From Peptococcaceae bacterium (GTDB taxonomy: Bacteria > Bacillota > Peptococcia > Peptococcales > BICA1-8): a DNA stretch of 64,000 bases. The DNA lies in the NCBI GenBank assembly GCA_049366715.1, contig JBMNCQ010000055.1, positions 168,542 through 232,541 on the forward strand, given 5' to 3'. This document shows, piece after piece, positions 36,215 to 45,557 of this stretch. The notes under the pieces were generated by a model. The model had not been told where the DNA came from, made no database searches, and saw nothing but the letters and a program-made list of their open reading frames with translations. Made by a program: the position numbers and the translations under genes. How positions within the stretch are numbered: position 1 is the stretch's first letter; every line of letters starts with the position of its first letter.

Positions 36215-37317
36215 AGCTGGAAGGAGGCAGAATATCATCCGGTCAGCTGGTTTTCCTCGTCATTTCTTTTAATCTTGGTACGGCCTTGTTAGCCAGTCCT
36301 TCCTCCCAGGCAGGGCACGATGCCTGGTTAACAATACTTGGCGGAATGGCGGAGGGAATTTTCTGCGCCTATGTTTTCACCAGCCTGGCTAGAAAATTTC
36401 CCGGGAAGACCTTAGTCCGGTACAATGATTTAATTTTCGGCCCTGTGATCGGTAAACTGATTTCCCTGGCTTATCTCAGCTACTTTTTTATCATAGCAAC
36501 ATTAACTTTGCGATTATTCGGTGATTTTTTCAGCGGACTGATTTTTCCCCAAACACCGATTATTGTGACAATCGGCCTCCTTGTCTTGATCTGCGCCTCG
36601 GGAGTACGAAACGGCATCGAGGTCCTGGCCCGCTGCAGCCAGGTTTTACTGCCCTTCGTCTTTCTAAATATCTTTATCACTACAATAGCAAGCATTAAAG
36701 ACATCGATATAAACAATTTCCTACCCCTTATGGATATACCTTTAAGGGATTTCCTCAGCGTCTGCTGTTTCTCCAGAGCTTTACCCTTTGGAGCAACCGC
36801 TACTTTTCTAATGATATTCGCTGCTGTAAATAATCAAAAAAAAATGCCGCCTTTTTTTCTCCTGGGCCTATTTATTTCCGGGCTGATATTAATTATCACA
36901 GCCATACGGAATACCGGCTTATTAGGCCCGACCACTACAATATCTACCTACTCTTCTTACCAGGCTACCCGGTTAGTCACTATCGGTGAGGTATTCACCC
37001 GGCTGGAAATATTAGTGGCCATAAATTTTTTAGCTATGGGATTTATTGCAATTTCTTTAGGCTATTATGCAGTTACCCTCGGCGTGGCCCAAATATTCGG
37101 GCTGAAAACTTATCTGCCCTTAGTGATCCCCCTGGGAGTTCTCCTGGTGGTGTTCAGTATTACCCAGTTTGCCAACTATTTTGAATACTTCCGCTTCAGC
37201 AGCAGAATATTACCTTATGCAGGCCTGCCTTTGGAATTAGGCATACCTTTACTTTCTTTACTTATTGTTAAACTTAGAAATATTGCCCCGCAAGAAACTA
37301 AGAAAAAAAAGGAATAA
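36211..37317 (+). CDS. GerA-family B subunit, copy 2 (tandem paralog)
   Basis: 368 aa; ATGA start/stop overlap with copy 1; roughly 45% identical by eye (SLARKFPGK, FGDFF, ASGVRNGIEV). Confidence 0.8.
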   Translation: MKLEGGRISSGQLVFLVISFNLGTALLASPSSQAGHDAWLTILGGMAEGIFCAYVFTSLARKFPGKTLVRYNDLIFGPVIGKLISLAYLSYFFIIATLTLRLFGDFFSGLIFPQTPIIVTIGLLVLICASGVRNGIEVLARCSQVLLPFVFLNIFITTIASIKDIDINNFLPLMDIPLRDFLSVCCFSRALPFGATATFLMIFAAVNNQKKMPPFFLLGLFISGLILIITAIRNTGLLGPTTTISTYSSYQATRLVTIGEVFTRLEILVAINFLAMGFIAISLGYYAVTLGVAQIFGLKTYLPLVIPLGVLLVVFSITQFANYFEYFRFSSRILPYAGLPLELGIPLLSLLIVKLRNIAPQETKKKKE

Positions 37318-37334
37318 AAGGATGGAGACCGAAA

Positions 37335-37568
37335 ATGGATATAATACTTTTAGTGCTCCTATTTGGAGGAATATGTATCTTTGAAATCCCGGGACTGGTT
37401 TATCGTAAATACTGGAAAGAATTGCTGAGTTTTCTGCTTTTATTAGGACTGGCCTTTATAATGAGTACCTTATCCGTACTGGACATCACCATTCCCAGCC
37501 CCGCCAAAGGGATTGAAATCGCCGTAACCTTCTTTTTCGATATGTTTAAACATCTGACCGGCTCTTAA
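37335..37568 (+). CDS. small two-TM membrane protein (77 aa) trailing the ger operon
   Basis: AAGGATGGAG RBS; hydrophobic ORF 17 nt after the second B subunit. Confidence 0.5.
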   Translation: MDIILLVLLFGGICIFEIPGLVYRKYWKELLSFLLLLGLAFIMSTLSVLDITIPSPAKGIEIAVTFFFDMFKHLTGS

Positions 37569-37595
37569 AGGAACCGGGATGAAAAATATAGCTCC

Positions 37596-38009
37596 CTAAT
37601 CTACTTGTTTGACTAACTTTATGGCTTCTTTAATCAGCTCATTTAACGGCCGGCTCACAAAACCTACCAATTCTACATGGGGCTGATTTACCGGCAAAAG
37701 AATTTTGCGGCATTTAAGTACTGCTACTATTTCTGCAATCTGAGGTGTTATTTCACCCATCAGAGCATTGGGCACAATAATTCCCAAAGGCCCCATAACG
37801 ATGTCTGCTTCCGGAGCACTTACCCGGATCGCGTTTACCCCGGTAGCACCCCGGTTCGCTCCTGCTTTTACCATGGCAGCAGTAGCTATGGCGTTGGTGC
37901 CTAAAGCCCAGATTTCCAAATTAGCATTCATTTCTTTAACTAAGCCTTGTATTAACTGGGCTCCCATACCCCCGCCCATTCCATCTATGACAGCAATCCG
38001 CATAATCAT
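37596..38009 (-). CDS. DUF3842-like protein
   Basis: 137 aa; MRIAVIDGMGGGMGAQLI N-terminus typical of this family as I recall it. Confidence 0.55.
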   Translation of the reverse strand: MIMRIAVIDGMGGGMGAQLIQGLVKEMNANLEIWALGTNAIATAAMVKAGANRGATGVNAIRVSAPEADIVMGPLGIIVPNALMGEITPQIAEIVAVLKCRKILLPVNQPHVELVGFVSRPLNELIKEAIKLVKQVD

Positions 38010-38021
38010 TCGCTCCTTTTC

Positions 38022-38283
38022 GTGACAGGTGACTGGTAAGGTTCAGTTTATAGAGCATTGTTTATGAGTTTATAGTTTATAGACTATAGTTCTCAGTTCT
38101 CAGATATCGGTTCTCAGTTAATCTTAAAAACCGAGTATAGCTTATTGGCTATCTGTTCCAGGTACTGTCACAAAGTAGAACTATAGCTTACTGCCGCTGC
38201 CCGATCTCTACTTTGTACCGGTGATTAGTTACTATGAACTACATTCTATGTTCTATAAACTATTATGTTCTATATTCTTACTA
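38022..38283. repeat. heptanucleotide repeat block C: forward array, about 100-bp core with hairpin, inverted array
   Basis: 38022-38119: GTGACAG GTGACTG GTAAGGT TCAGTTT ATAGAGC ATTGTTT ATGAGTT TATAGTT TATAGAC TATAGTT CTCAGTT CTCAGAT ATCGGTT CTCAGTT. 38221-38283: GTGATTA GTTACTA TGAACTA CATTCTA TGTTCTA TAAACTA... (nnnnCTA, the inverse of TAGnnnn). Core hairpin ACAAAGTAGA/TCTACTTTGT. Confidence 0.85.
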
Positions 38284-38748
38284 CTAGTTATTATGTGGTA
38301 AATATCTTAAAATGGCTGCGGCAATAAGACCCCCGATGATTGCTGTTACTAACTGGGGAAAACTCAGAGCCTGGGCAACTTTGGGAGGAACCTGGATAAT
38401 AAATTTTACCGCCCCTGCCAATAGGCAGAATTTTAAAATAGCACCTACTGCAATCCCGACTAAATCGTTTGTCTTACGGGCCCAGTAAAACCCATAACAA
38501 TAAACGATATTGCCCAGCATAATAAAGGGAACAGCGATAGCCAGCGGCATAATTCCCTGAGTAAAGGCCAAAACCGGTGTCAATAGACCGATAATAACCC
38601 CGCTGCTTACACCTGCATAACCTACGGCTAAAATTAAAATCGCGTTAATGGCAGGTCCTGTTAACCACTGTAATTTTATTTGCTGAACAGCCAGTGCTAC
38701 CGCCAATAAAATAGCAGTCCTTGTTAAAATTTTTGTACTAATATTCAT
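38284..38748 (-). CDS. small polytopic membrane protein (ECF S-component-like vitamin/precursor transporter?)
   Basis: Start set at MNISTKIL (GAGGTGG RBS); 5 TM helices, about 154 aa; the family call is a weak guess. Confidence 0.6.
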   Translation of the reverse strand: MNISTKILTRTAILLAVALAVQQIKLQWLTGPAINAILILAVGYAGVSSGVIIGLLTPVLAFTQGIMPLAIAVPFIMLGNIVYCYGFYWARKTNDLVGIAVGAILKFCLLAGAVKFIIQVPPKVAQALSFPQLVTAIIGGLIAAAILRYLPHNN

Positions 38749-38922
38749 AATATCCACCTCATAAACCATTTTAAGGTAAATAGGAGGCGGTGTCTAGAGG
38801 GTAGATGCAGAGTCCGTCTTTGTTCGCCGGAAAATTAAACGACAAGTGAACACTTACCGGCTAATAAAATTGGGTTCCGGAAGAAGGATTCGGTCAGACA
38901 GAGCAATATCTTATGCTGCCGC

Positions 38923-40392
38923 TCACTTAGCAGCTTTATCTGTTCCGCTGTCTTCCCCGCTTTGTCCTGCGAATTCCCCTGCTGAAGTTTCTTCTGTACT
39001 GCCTGCGTATTCAGCCTTGACCTGTTCCTGCTTAGTTCCGGGTTCTTCAGGCTTCTTCATTTTAAAAGCAGGCTTAACAAAAATCCTGCCCATAGTATTA
39101 CGTAAGGTTAGAGTATTAAAGACAAATTCTTGCCACGCCGGATGACCCGCCTGAGAATCATTTCCCTTCCCTTCGCCTTGGGCCTGGGATTTGACAAATT
39201 CCTGCTTAATGGCAAACAGAGCAAAAGCGGCCGCCACTAAAGCCAATCCTGCCGTAGTTCCAAAAGTGAGTAAATTGCTTTTTTCCATTAAAATGCCAAA
39301 AACGGGCGGGCCGACGGCTACGCCAAAAAACCTTACTGCTCCGTAGAGAGCGGTAATCATCCCCCGTTCCTCCATCACTACGGTACTGGTTATGATGGTA
39401 TTCAAACAGGTTAGAACCAAGCCTCCCCCTATGCCGCCGATAGCCAGGGCACCTATAAAAAAATACAAATTTTCAATAAAAAAAGGAACTGCCATATTTG
39501 ATGCTCCTAAAAATACTAAACCCATTACCACAAATAATTTATAGTTATGGTTATTGCGCTGGGTAATAATTCCCGTTAGCAGCGATGTTGTAGAAATAGC
39601 CAGAACAGGTATCGCCAGAACTAAACCTTTTGTTACACCTTCCAACCCATACCTTTTCTCTAAATAATCGGATAGATAAAAAAGTGTTCCAAAAAGAACA
39701 TACAAAGCAACTGCTCCGGCAAAAAAAGCACCGATCAAATGAATGCCTTTCCCTTGAAAGATTCCTTTTAAAGCAGCTAAGTATTGTTTGACGGTTTGTC
39801 CCTTTTTGTCGGTGGTCGGGTCTTTCACTAAAAACCATACTGCCAGGGCAGTAGGAATACATAAAACAGGAAATACAAAAAATGTTGCATACCAGGCAAT
39901 CAGACCGACAAGAGATCCTAATATGGGGCTGACTACTTTTCCCAGACCGTTGGAAGCTTCCAGAATCCCTAAAGCTTTACTTCTCTCCCCTGTTACAAAG
40001 ATATCGCTGGACAAAGCCATGGCAATAGGGGCTGTCCCGGCCGCACCTATACCTTGCAGAATCCGGCCTGCCATGATGATTAAGTAGGACTTATTGAAGA
40101 TCAGTACGCCCAGCAGAGCAACTACTCCTCCTAAGCCATATAAAATCAAAGAAGGAACGATAATCATCTTTCTACTTATTCTATCTGATAAAAAACCTGC
40201 AATGGGTATCACTAAACCTGCAGGTACGGAAAACAATGTTATAACCAGGCTGACCTTAAACTGGGATATATTTAAGGCCTCCTTCATCTGCGGCAAAACC
40301 GGTATGAGCATCGAATTACCAAGTACCATGATCAAAGGTACTCCAGCCAGGGCTGCCAAGGTAATACGGCTTTTCGCTTTCAAAAAAATCAC
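38923..40392 (-). CDS. MFS transporter with about 90-aa hydrophilic C-terminal tail
   Basis: 489 aa; 12 TM; GFLSDRISRK (MFS loop 2-3 motif). Confidence 0.85.
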   Translation of the reverse strand: MIFLKAKSRITLAALAGVPLIMVLGNSMLIPVLPQMKEALNISQFKVSLVITLFSVPAGLVIPIAGFLSDRISRKMIIVPSLILYGLGGVVALLGVLIFNKSYLIIMAGRILQGIGAAGTAPIAMALSSDIFVTGERSKALGILEASNGLGKVVSPILGSLVGLIAWYATFFVFPVLCIPTALAVWFLVKDPTTDKKGQTVKQYLAALKGIFQGKGIHLIGAFFAGAVALYVLFGTLFYLSDYLEKRYGLEGVTKGLVLAIPVLAISTTSLLTGIITQRNNHNYKLFVVMGLVFLGASNMAVPFFIENLYFFIGALAIGGIGGGLVLTCLNTIITSTVVMEERGMITALYGAVRFFGVAVGPPVFGILMEKSNLLTFGTTAGLALVAAAFALFAIKQEFVKSQAQGEGKGNDSQAGHPAWQEFVFNTLTLRNTMGRIFVKPAFKMKKPEEPGTKQEQVKAEYAGSTEETSAGEFAGQSGEDSGTDKAAK

Positions 40393-40515
40393 TCCTTATC
40401 GGCAAGAAATTTAGTCTAAACAAAAATATTTTGCCCGAAAAAAACAAAAAAAATCATCTCATTGATGATGATTTTTACTTCACTTTCTGAGCGCAGAGTT
40501 TTTCTGAAGAAATTT

Positions 40516-40971
40516 TCACTTTATAAATAACTCAATGATTTTTATGAAGATCGCTGCCAGACCTGCTGCCATCAATGGTCCTACCGGAATTCCTTTGAAA
40601 ATTATTATTCCGATAATCGCGCCAACTACTAAGCCTGACATAAGCTCCGGCTGCAGTTTTAACATATCTAAGCCTTCACCGTTCATATAAGTGGCTAAAG
40701 CGCCGCCTACTGCACAAAGAATACCCTGCCAGCTAAAAATCCCTTTCATTAAATCCTTGAAAGTCATTTGTTCACTGGCAAAAGGCACCAAAACTGATAA
40801 AAGTAAAAAAAGCAGCCCTATTTCCAGGCCTCTGCGCTCAATTAAAGGAAAGTAGTGCTGCAGGCGGGTAAGTTTTAATACCAATAATATACACGCTGAA
40901 GTAGCCAGTAAACTGGACTGGCCTAAAATCCCGATTAAAATCAAAACGAGCAGTAAACCTTCACCCCACAT
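40516..40971 (-). CDS. DUF441 / UPF0756 family membrane protein
   Basis: Start set at MWGEGLLLV (GGAGG 5 nt upstream); pattern GILGQSSL...LKL..L..YFP.IE..GL.IG...L resembles Bacillus YtwI-type proteins. Confidence 0.7.
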   Translation of the reverse strand: MWGEGLLLVLILIGILGQSSLLATSACILLVLKLTRLQHYFPLIERRGLEIGLLFLLLSVLVPFASEQMTFKDLMKGIFSWQGILCAVGGALATYMNGEGLDMLKLQPELMSGLVVGAIIGIIIFKGIPVGPLMAAGLAAIFIKIIELFIK

Positions 40972-40990
40972 AAAAACCTCCGAAACAAGC

Positions 40991-41199
40991 ACTAGTGATC
41001 AGCGAAGTGACTAACGAGAAAAACTAATCACTATTACACTAATCACTAGGAATCTAATCTAATATTATTCAGAAAAAATTCATCTATGACAATGGAATAA
41101 TTTAGAACATAGATTACCGGCCCTAGCGCATAGTTCATCGAACATAAATTAGAGCGGATATGATATCGGCCGGAGCTCAGAGAACCGGGAACTGAGTAC
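40991..41199. repeat. heptanucleotide repeat block D in a divergent promoter region
   Basis: ACTAGTG ATCAGCG AAGTGAC TAACGAG AAAAACT AATCACT ATTACAC TAATCAC TAGGAAT CTAATCT. CATAGATTACCG (41108-41119) is identical to 19531-19542. GCTCAGAGAACCGGGAACTGAG lies at 41175-41196. Confidence 0.7.
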
Positions 41200-41290
41200 A
41201 ATTATTTTAAAATTAGAAAAATCATCCATTTCTAAAAATTTTTTTGGTGAATAATAATAACTATAACTTTGGAATTAAGGTGGAAACAAG

Positions 41291-41554
41291 ATGCTGAAAA
41301 TAGTTTTAGGAATGGGAATTTTAAGAATAATATCTGCTTTAATAGAATTATCTGCCGCTTTATTAATGCTGTATTTTAACCGGGTTGAAACTGCATTTAA
41401 AATAAATGCCTGCTTAGCATTAATCGGTCCTTTAATTATGATCAGCGTAACATCTTTAGGATTAATCGGTCTGGCCGGCAAAATATCCGTAAGGCAAATA
41501 TTTTTTATTTTTTCAGGTGTAGGTCTAATATTTTACGGTTTAAACAAGATCTGA
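41291..41554 (+). CDS. YqhV-like (DUF2619) small membrane protein
   Basis: 87 aa; GMGILRIISALIELSAALLMLYFNRVE..A..IN..LALIGP pattern as in B. subtilis YqhV. Confidence 0.7.
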   Translation: MLKIVLGMGILRIISALIELSAALLMLYFNRVETAFKINACLALIGPLIMISVTSLGLIGLAGKISVRQIFFIFSGVGLIFYGLNKI

Positions 41555-41649
41555 TCAATTTATCTAAAATTACAAATCATAAAAATCCTTCAAAAGAACA
41601 AACTATGATTGTAAGAAAATTTAAGTTTTTGAAGGAGGCCCTTTATATT

Positions 41650-41886
41650 ATGACTATTGGGACTAAAATGCATACGACTTTAGCCAGCTTGGAGAGTGCT
41701 AAAGCAAGTATGAAAACTTTTGCTTTAGAAACAGAAGATAAAACCGCAAAGCAGATGTTTGCTCAGTATGCTCAACAATTGGAGAGTATCTGTCAAGGCA
41801 TGTCGTCCCGTTGTAACTATATTGAGCAGCAAGAACCTCAATATAAGGTTTATCAAAATATGATGCAGCCTCAGCAACAAAAATAA
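41650..41886 (+). CDS. DUF1657-family protein (spore associated)
   Basis: Start set at MTIGTKMHTTLASLESAKASMKTFALETEDK.AKQMF (GAAGGAGG RBS); ends ...EQQEPQYKVY, typical of the family. Confidence 0.7.
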   Translation: MTIGTKMHTTLASLESAKASMKTFALETEDKTAKQMFAQYAQQLESICQGMSSRCNYIEQQEPQYKVYQNMMQPQQQK

Positions 41887-41956
41887 CACAAAATAGCTGT
41901 CTTCTTTCCCTCCCCAAAAAGGGAACGTCTCCCGAAAGACGTTCCCTTTTTTATGA

Positions 41957-42211
41957 TTACTTTTTTAATTTATCCATTAAAATCTTTTCATCATAATCGG
42001 TAATATCATATTCATCTATGGCATCTTTCAGATATTGCGGCGACCATATCAGCTTTAAATCTTCCAGGTATTCAAAACTGAGGCTTTTTGAGCATTCACA
42101 TAATTCTTCTAAAATAGCTATTTTATTGCCTTCTTTATTATTAATAATTCCTTTAATCATATACAATTTATCTTTTTCTTTTCCTGTCATCACTATTGCT
42201 CCACTCTTCAT
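41957..42211 (-). CDS. hypothetical small protein (84 aa)
   Basis: ORF downstream of and co-directional with 42316..43290; no motif recognised. Confidence 0.4.
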   Translation of the reverse strand: MKSGAIVMTGKEKDKLYMIKGIINNKEGNKIAILEELCECSKSLSFEYLEDLKLIWSPQYLKDAIDEYDITDYDEKILMDKLKK

Positions 42212-42315
42212 CTACTATTACCCCCTGCATAATTTTTTTTACTATAATTTATGATAAGTTTTAAATTTGTGTTCAAAAAACTATCTGTGAATAAATTATA
42301 CTAACCGGTGCCGGC

Positions 42316-43290
42316 TTATTTATTCAGGTCGAAAATGCCTCTAGACCTAAGAGAGGTTATTAGGCCCAGCGTTCCTAAAGCAAATAAGACAGCGGCGCCT
42401 CCATAATAAATATATTTGAGGCCGGTATGAATAAAATTGCTGGCCCCAACAAGAACTGCAGCATAAATGAAATAGGGCGTAATCCGTGTTTTGCCAAGAA
42501 TTCTTCGTTGTGCATCCTGCCAGTTCCTTTCCTGATGCTCCATACGTTTGAGGATTAAATCTTTGATATCGGCATCTTGAGGATATTTCCCGGCTTCCCT
42601 GGAAATTCTAATTAATTCTTTGCAGTCCCAAAGGATAATGTTTCTCTTGTCTTTTATCAGGTCGCAAAATATCCTGGCATCATCCCGAAAGTCTGTCGTA
42701 GATATAATAAGACCCCGAATATATTTCCGCTTACTCATGGCCCGGGAAAGCTCGCGGACATACCTGGACCCAACCGTATCCTCTCCGTCTAATAAATGAC
42801 ATTGTACTAAAGTCAGTTCACCTTGATACTTACAAATAAAATTTATCCCTTCACTTTCCAGGTAATCAGTTTTTGTTAATTCCGTAAAATCTCCCAGCTT
42901 AGCTAACACTGCAAATATAAAACTCACAAAGCTTTCTTTATCCATAGCTTTTAAACTCTTCACAAACTCCTCATTGGCCAGTTTGGCATTTTCCTTTTGT
43001 ATTACCTGAGCCAGTCGTATTTTCTCCACTCTTTTCGCCAGGAAATGATAGCATCCCAAAACCGAAATACCGGCGAATAAAGAAATTAAAACTTTATTTC
43101 CTCCGGTAAACACAAGAAAAGTAAAGAAAGATCCCCCTAACACAAGAATCCTGTAAATAAAGAAATTAAACCAACGGGTATACGCTGCCTGGCCTTTGTA
43201 CAATTGTTTTAAATAATAATCCTCTACCCTGCTTTTTTTGATACTTCTGTAAATATTAAAAACAGACTTTTTCACTTTTAATACCTCCAA
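42316..43290 (-). CDS. membrane protein with central restriction-endonuclease-like (Mrr_cat-type) domain
   Basis: 324 aa; 2 N-terminal and 2 C-terminal TM helices; ...GINFICKYQGELTLVQCHLLDGEDTVGSRYVRELSRAM......GLIISTTDFRDDA resembles the D-(E/Q)xK core of Mrr-like nucleases. Confidence 0.55.
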   Translation of the reverse strand: MEVLKVKKSVFNIYRSIKKSRVEDYYLKQLYKGQAAYTRWFNFFIYRILVLGGSFFTFLVFTGGNKVLISLFAGISVLGCYHFLAKRVEKIRLAQVIQKENAKLANEEFVKSLKAMDKESFVSFIFAVLAKLGDFTELTKTDYLESEGINFICKYQGELTLVQCHLLDGEDTVGSRYVRELSRAMSKRKYIRGLIISTTDFRDDARIFCDLIKDKRNIILWDCKELIRISREAGKYPQDADIKDLILKRMEHQERNWQDAQRRILGKTRITPYFIYAAVLVGASNFIHTGLKYIYYGGAAVLFALGTLGLITSLRSRGIFDLNK

Positions 43291-43565
43291 TTATTCATCT
43301 AGTAAAAAGGATGACCAAAAAAAGAGCGGCTTAAACACCGGTATGTATCCATTCCGTACCCTTTGGCAGTACTAAGAATAACATCATCTGTCCCGCATAC
43401 AGATGTCAATTTCTGCTGAGACAACGGTTCAGTTCCGGGGTACAGAATCCGGCCCGCAGTTTTACCACCGGTCAGCCGGTCTTCCCCAAAATATGTATCC
43501 CGTTATGTATAAAAACTTTTTCTCAATTATAAACTAAAAAAAAAACTAAAAACGGGAGGATAGAT

Positions 43566-43754
43566 ATGAATCAGCATAAAGAAGATCTGCAAAAAACTTT
43601 ATGGAACCACCAGGATAAAATGATCGCCTATCAAATGTATACGCAAGGCTATGATGACCCTGTTACTGCTTATCAAATACTGACCGGCCAAGAAGGCCCG
43701 ACTGCTCTGCAAGAAGCAGAACAAAAGGACTTCGCAGATTTTGCGGAAGAATAG
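43566..43754 (+). CDS. hypothetical acidic small protein (62 aa)
   Basis: GGGAGGA RBS; no motif recognised. Confidence 0.45.
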   Translation: MNQHKEDLQKTLWNHQDKMIAYQMYTQGYDDPVTAYQILTGQEGPTALQEAEQKDFADFAEE

Positions 43755-43869
43755 CTACCGTCAATTAAGAGCAGATATTATTGCCAAAACCATGCTGACA
43801 AAGTACTCACGTATATTTCCCGGCAAATTGGTGCAAAATGATGATAACGAAAAATAGGAGGTGCTGATC

Positions 43870-44034
43870 ATGAGCAACAGCCGTATTAAATGTAAGGTAG
43901 AGGAATGTGTTTATAATTCTCAAGGACTTTGTGACGCCGATAATATCGAAGTTATGTCATCCGCGGGAAGCATGAAAGTAGGAACAAACGCCGAAACAAT
44001 GTGTTCAACTTTTCGCTACCAAAATCTCACGTAA
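43870..44034 (+). CDS. DUF1540-family small Cys protein (54 aa); not in ORF track
   Basis: MSNSRIKCKVEECVYNSQGLCDADNIEVMSSAGSMKVGTNAETMCSTFRYQNLT; TAGGAGGTG RBS. Confidence 0.7.
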   Translation: MSNSRIKCKVEECVYNSQGLCDADNIEVMSSAGSMKVGTNAETMCSTFRYQNLT

Positions 44035-44267
44035 AGGACGGTTCTCACCCGCCCCATTTGGATAATAACTCACGATAAGAAACCTAGGCCTTAAGTACTG
44101 CAGATACTCCCCGGCCTGGGTTTTAAATTTTTTGTCGAAAAAAGAGGGGATTTTTGGGAAGGAAAATACCTGTTTAAAAAGAAAATATATTATTAACTTA
44201 TTTTTGTAAACGATTTAAACAGGAAAATCTCAACGGACTCTCAGGGATAAGTAAAAAGGTAACTAAA

Positions 44268-45473
44268 ATGGAAGAAGTGATATTGAAAATGGGGAAAAAC
44301 TTATTGGACAATTTTTTTGCGACTCTGACTCAAGGCGGTTTTAGCGTTAGATATTGGGACGGAGAAGAAATAGCGTACGGCAGTTCCCCGCCCCGGGTAA
44401 AAATTATTTTTAATGAACCTCTACCGCTAAGTTTTAACCTAACTGACCCGATGGTTACTTTGGGTGAAGCCTATATGGATGAAATTATTGATTTTGAAGG
44501 CAGCATGGATGAAATTATGAAACTCATTGATCTAAATAAGGATAATTTCTCCGTAAAGACAAAAGGCATCCTCGGTAATGCTGTTAAAACCGCTAATACT
44601 CTCGCCCTAAAATTAACGCAAAAGAGCAACATCCATCATCACTATGATTTAGGAAATGATTTTTTTGCTTTGTGGCTGGATGAATCTATGAGTTACTCCT
44701 GTGGTTATTTTAAAAATCCTGCCGACACTCTGTATCAGGCTCAGATGCAAAAAATAGATCATACTTTGAAAAAATTACAGTTAAAACCGGGTGAAAAATT
44801 ACTGGATATCGGCAGCGGCTGGGGACAATTAATTATTAGAGCTGCGCAGGCCTATGATGTTCAAGCTGTAGGAATAACCTTAAGCGAGGAACAATACCAG
44901 GCAACATTGGAGCAAATAAAAAGTAAACACCTGGAGGATAAAGTAGCAGTGAAGCTTCAGGATTATTTAGATTTGCAGGAAGAAATATATCAATTTGATA
45001 AAATTGTAAGCGTGGGCATGTTTGAACATGTAGGCCGGGAAAATTTGCCTAAATACATGGAAAAAGTAAGCAATCTTTTGAAACCGGGAGGCTTGTCTCT
45101 TCTGCATTCTATCATGGGAACCAATGAAAAAGGTGTGAATTCCTGGATAACCAAGTATATTTTCCCCGGTGGTTATATACCTTCCTTACGGGAAACCATC
45201 TGGCTTTTACCCCAGTACGATTTTCATCTTCTGCATGCCGAAAGCTTACGGATGCATTACGCTATGACTCTGGACCGCTGGCATAAGAACTATCTTAAAA
45301 ATTGGGATACTGTGCAAGAAAAATTCGGTCGTAAATTTGCCCGGATGTGGAGTTTATACTTACAAGGATGTGCGGCAAATTTTCGGGTTTCCGGACTGAA
45401 CATTTATCAACTGCTATTTTCCAAAGGATTAAATAACAACTTAAATTTAAATATGGAGTATATCTATAGCTGA
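44268..45473 (+). CDS. cfa: cyclopropane-fatty-acyl-phospholipid synthase
   Basis: 401 aa; HYDLGNDFF, SCGYF, SAM motif LLDIGSGWG, FEHVG. Confidence 0.9.
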   Translation: MEEVILKMGKNLLDNFFATLTQGGFSVRYWDGEEIAYGSSPPRVKIIFNEPLPLSFNLTDPMVTLGEAYMDEIIDFEGSMDEIMKLIDLNKDNFSVKTKGILGNAVKTANTLALKLTQKSNIHHHYDLGNDFFALWLDESMSYSCGYFKNPADTLYQAQMQKIDHTLKKLQLKPGEKLLDIGSGWGQLIIRAAQAYDVQAVGITLSEEQYQATLEQIKSKHLEDKVAVKLQDYLDLQEEIYQFDKIVSVGMFEHVGRENLPKYMEKVSNLLKPGGLSLLHSIMGTNEKGVNSWITKYIFPGGYIPSLRETIWLLPQYDFHLLHAESLRMHYAMTLDRWHKNYLKNWDTVQEKFGRKFARMWSLYLQGCAANFRVSGLNIYQLLFSKGLNNNLNLNMEYIYS

Positions 45474-45557
45474 AAATACGAATAACCGGAGAGGACCAGG
45501 AGGCCGCCTGATCCTCCCTATTTCCTGCTCCGTTTCTTTTTTCGCTTGCCTCTTCAT

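Noticed and set aside
38770-38922. A possible riboswitch (preQ1/THF-type) upstream of the small transporter-like gene 38284..38748.
   Set aside because: By eye I found only loose resemblance (CUACCCUCUAGACACC) and no convincing conserved core. A covariance-model scan is needed before any claim.
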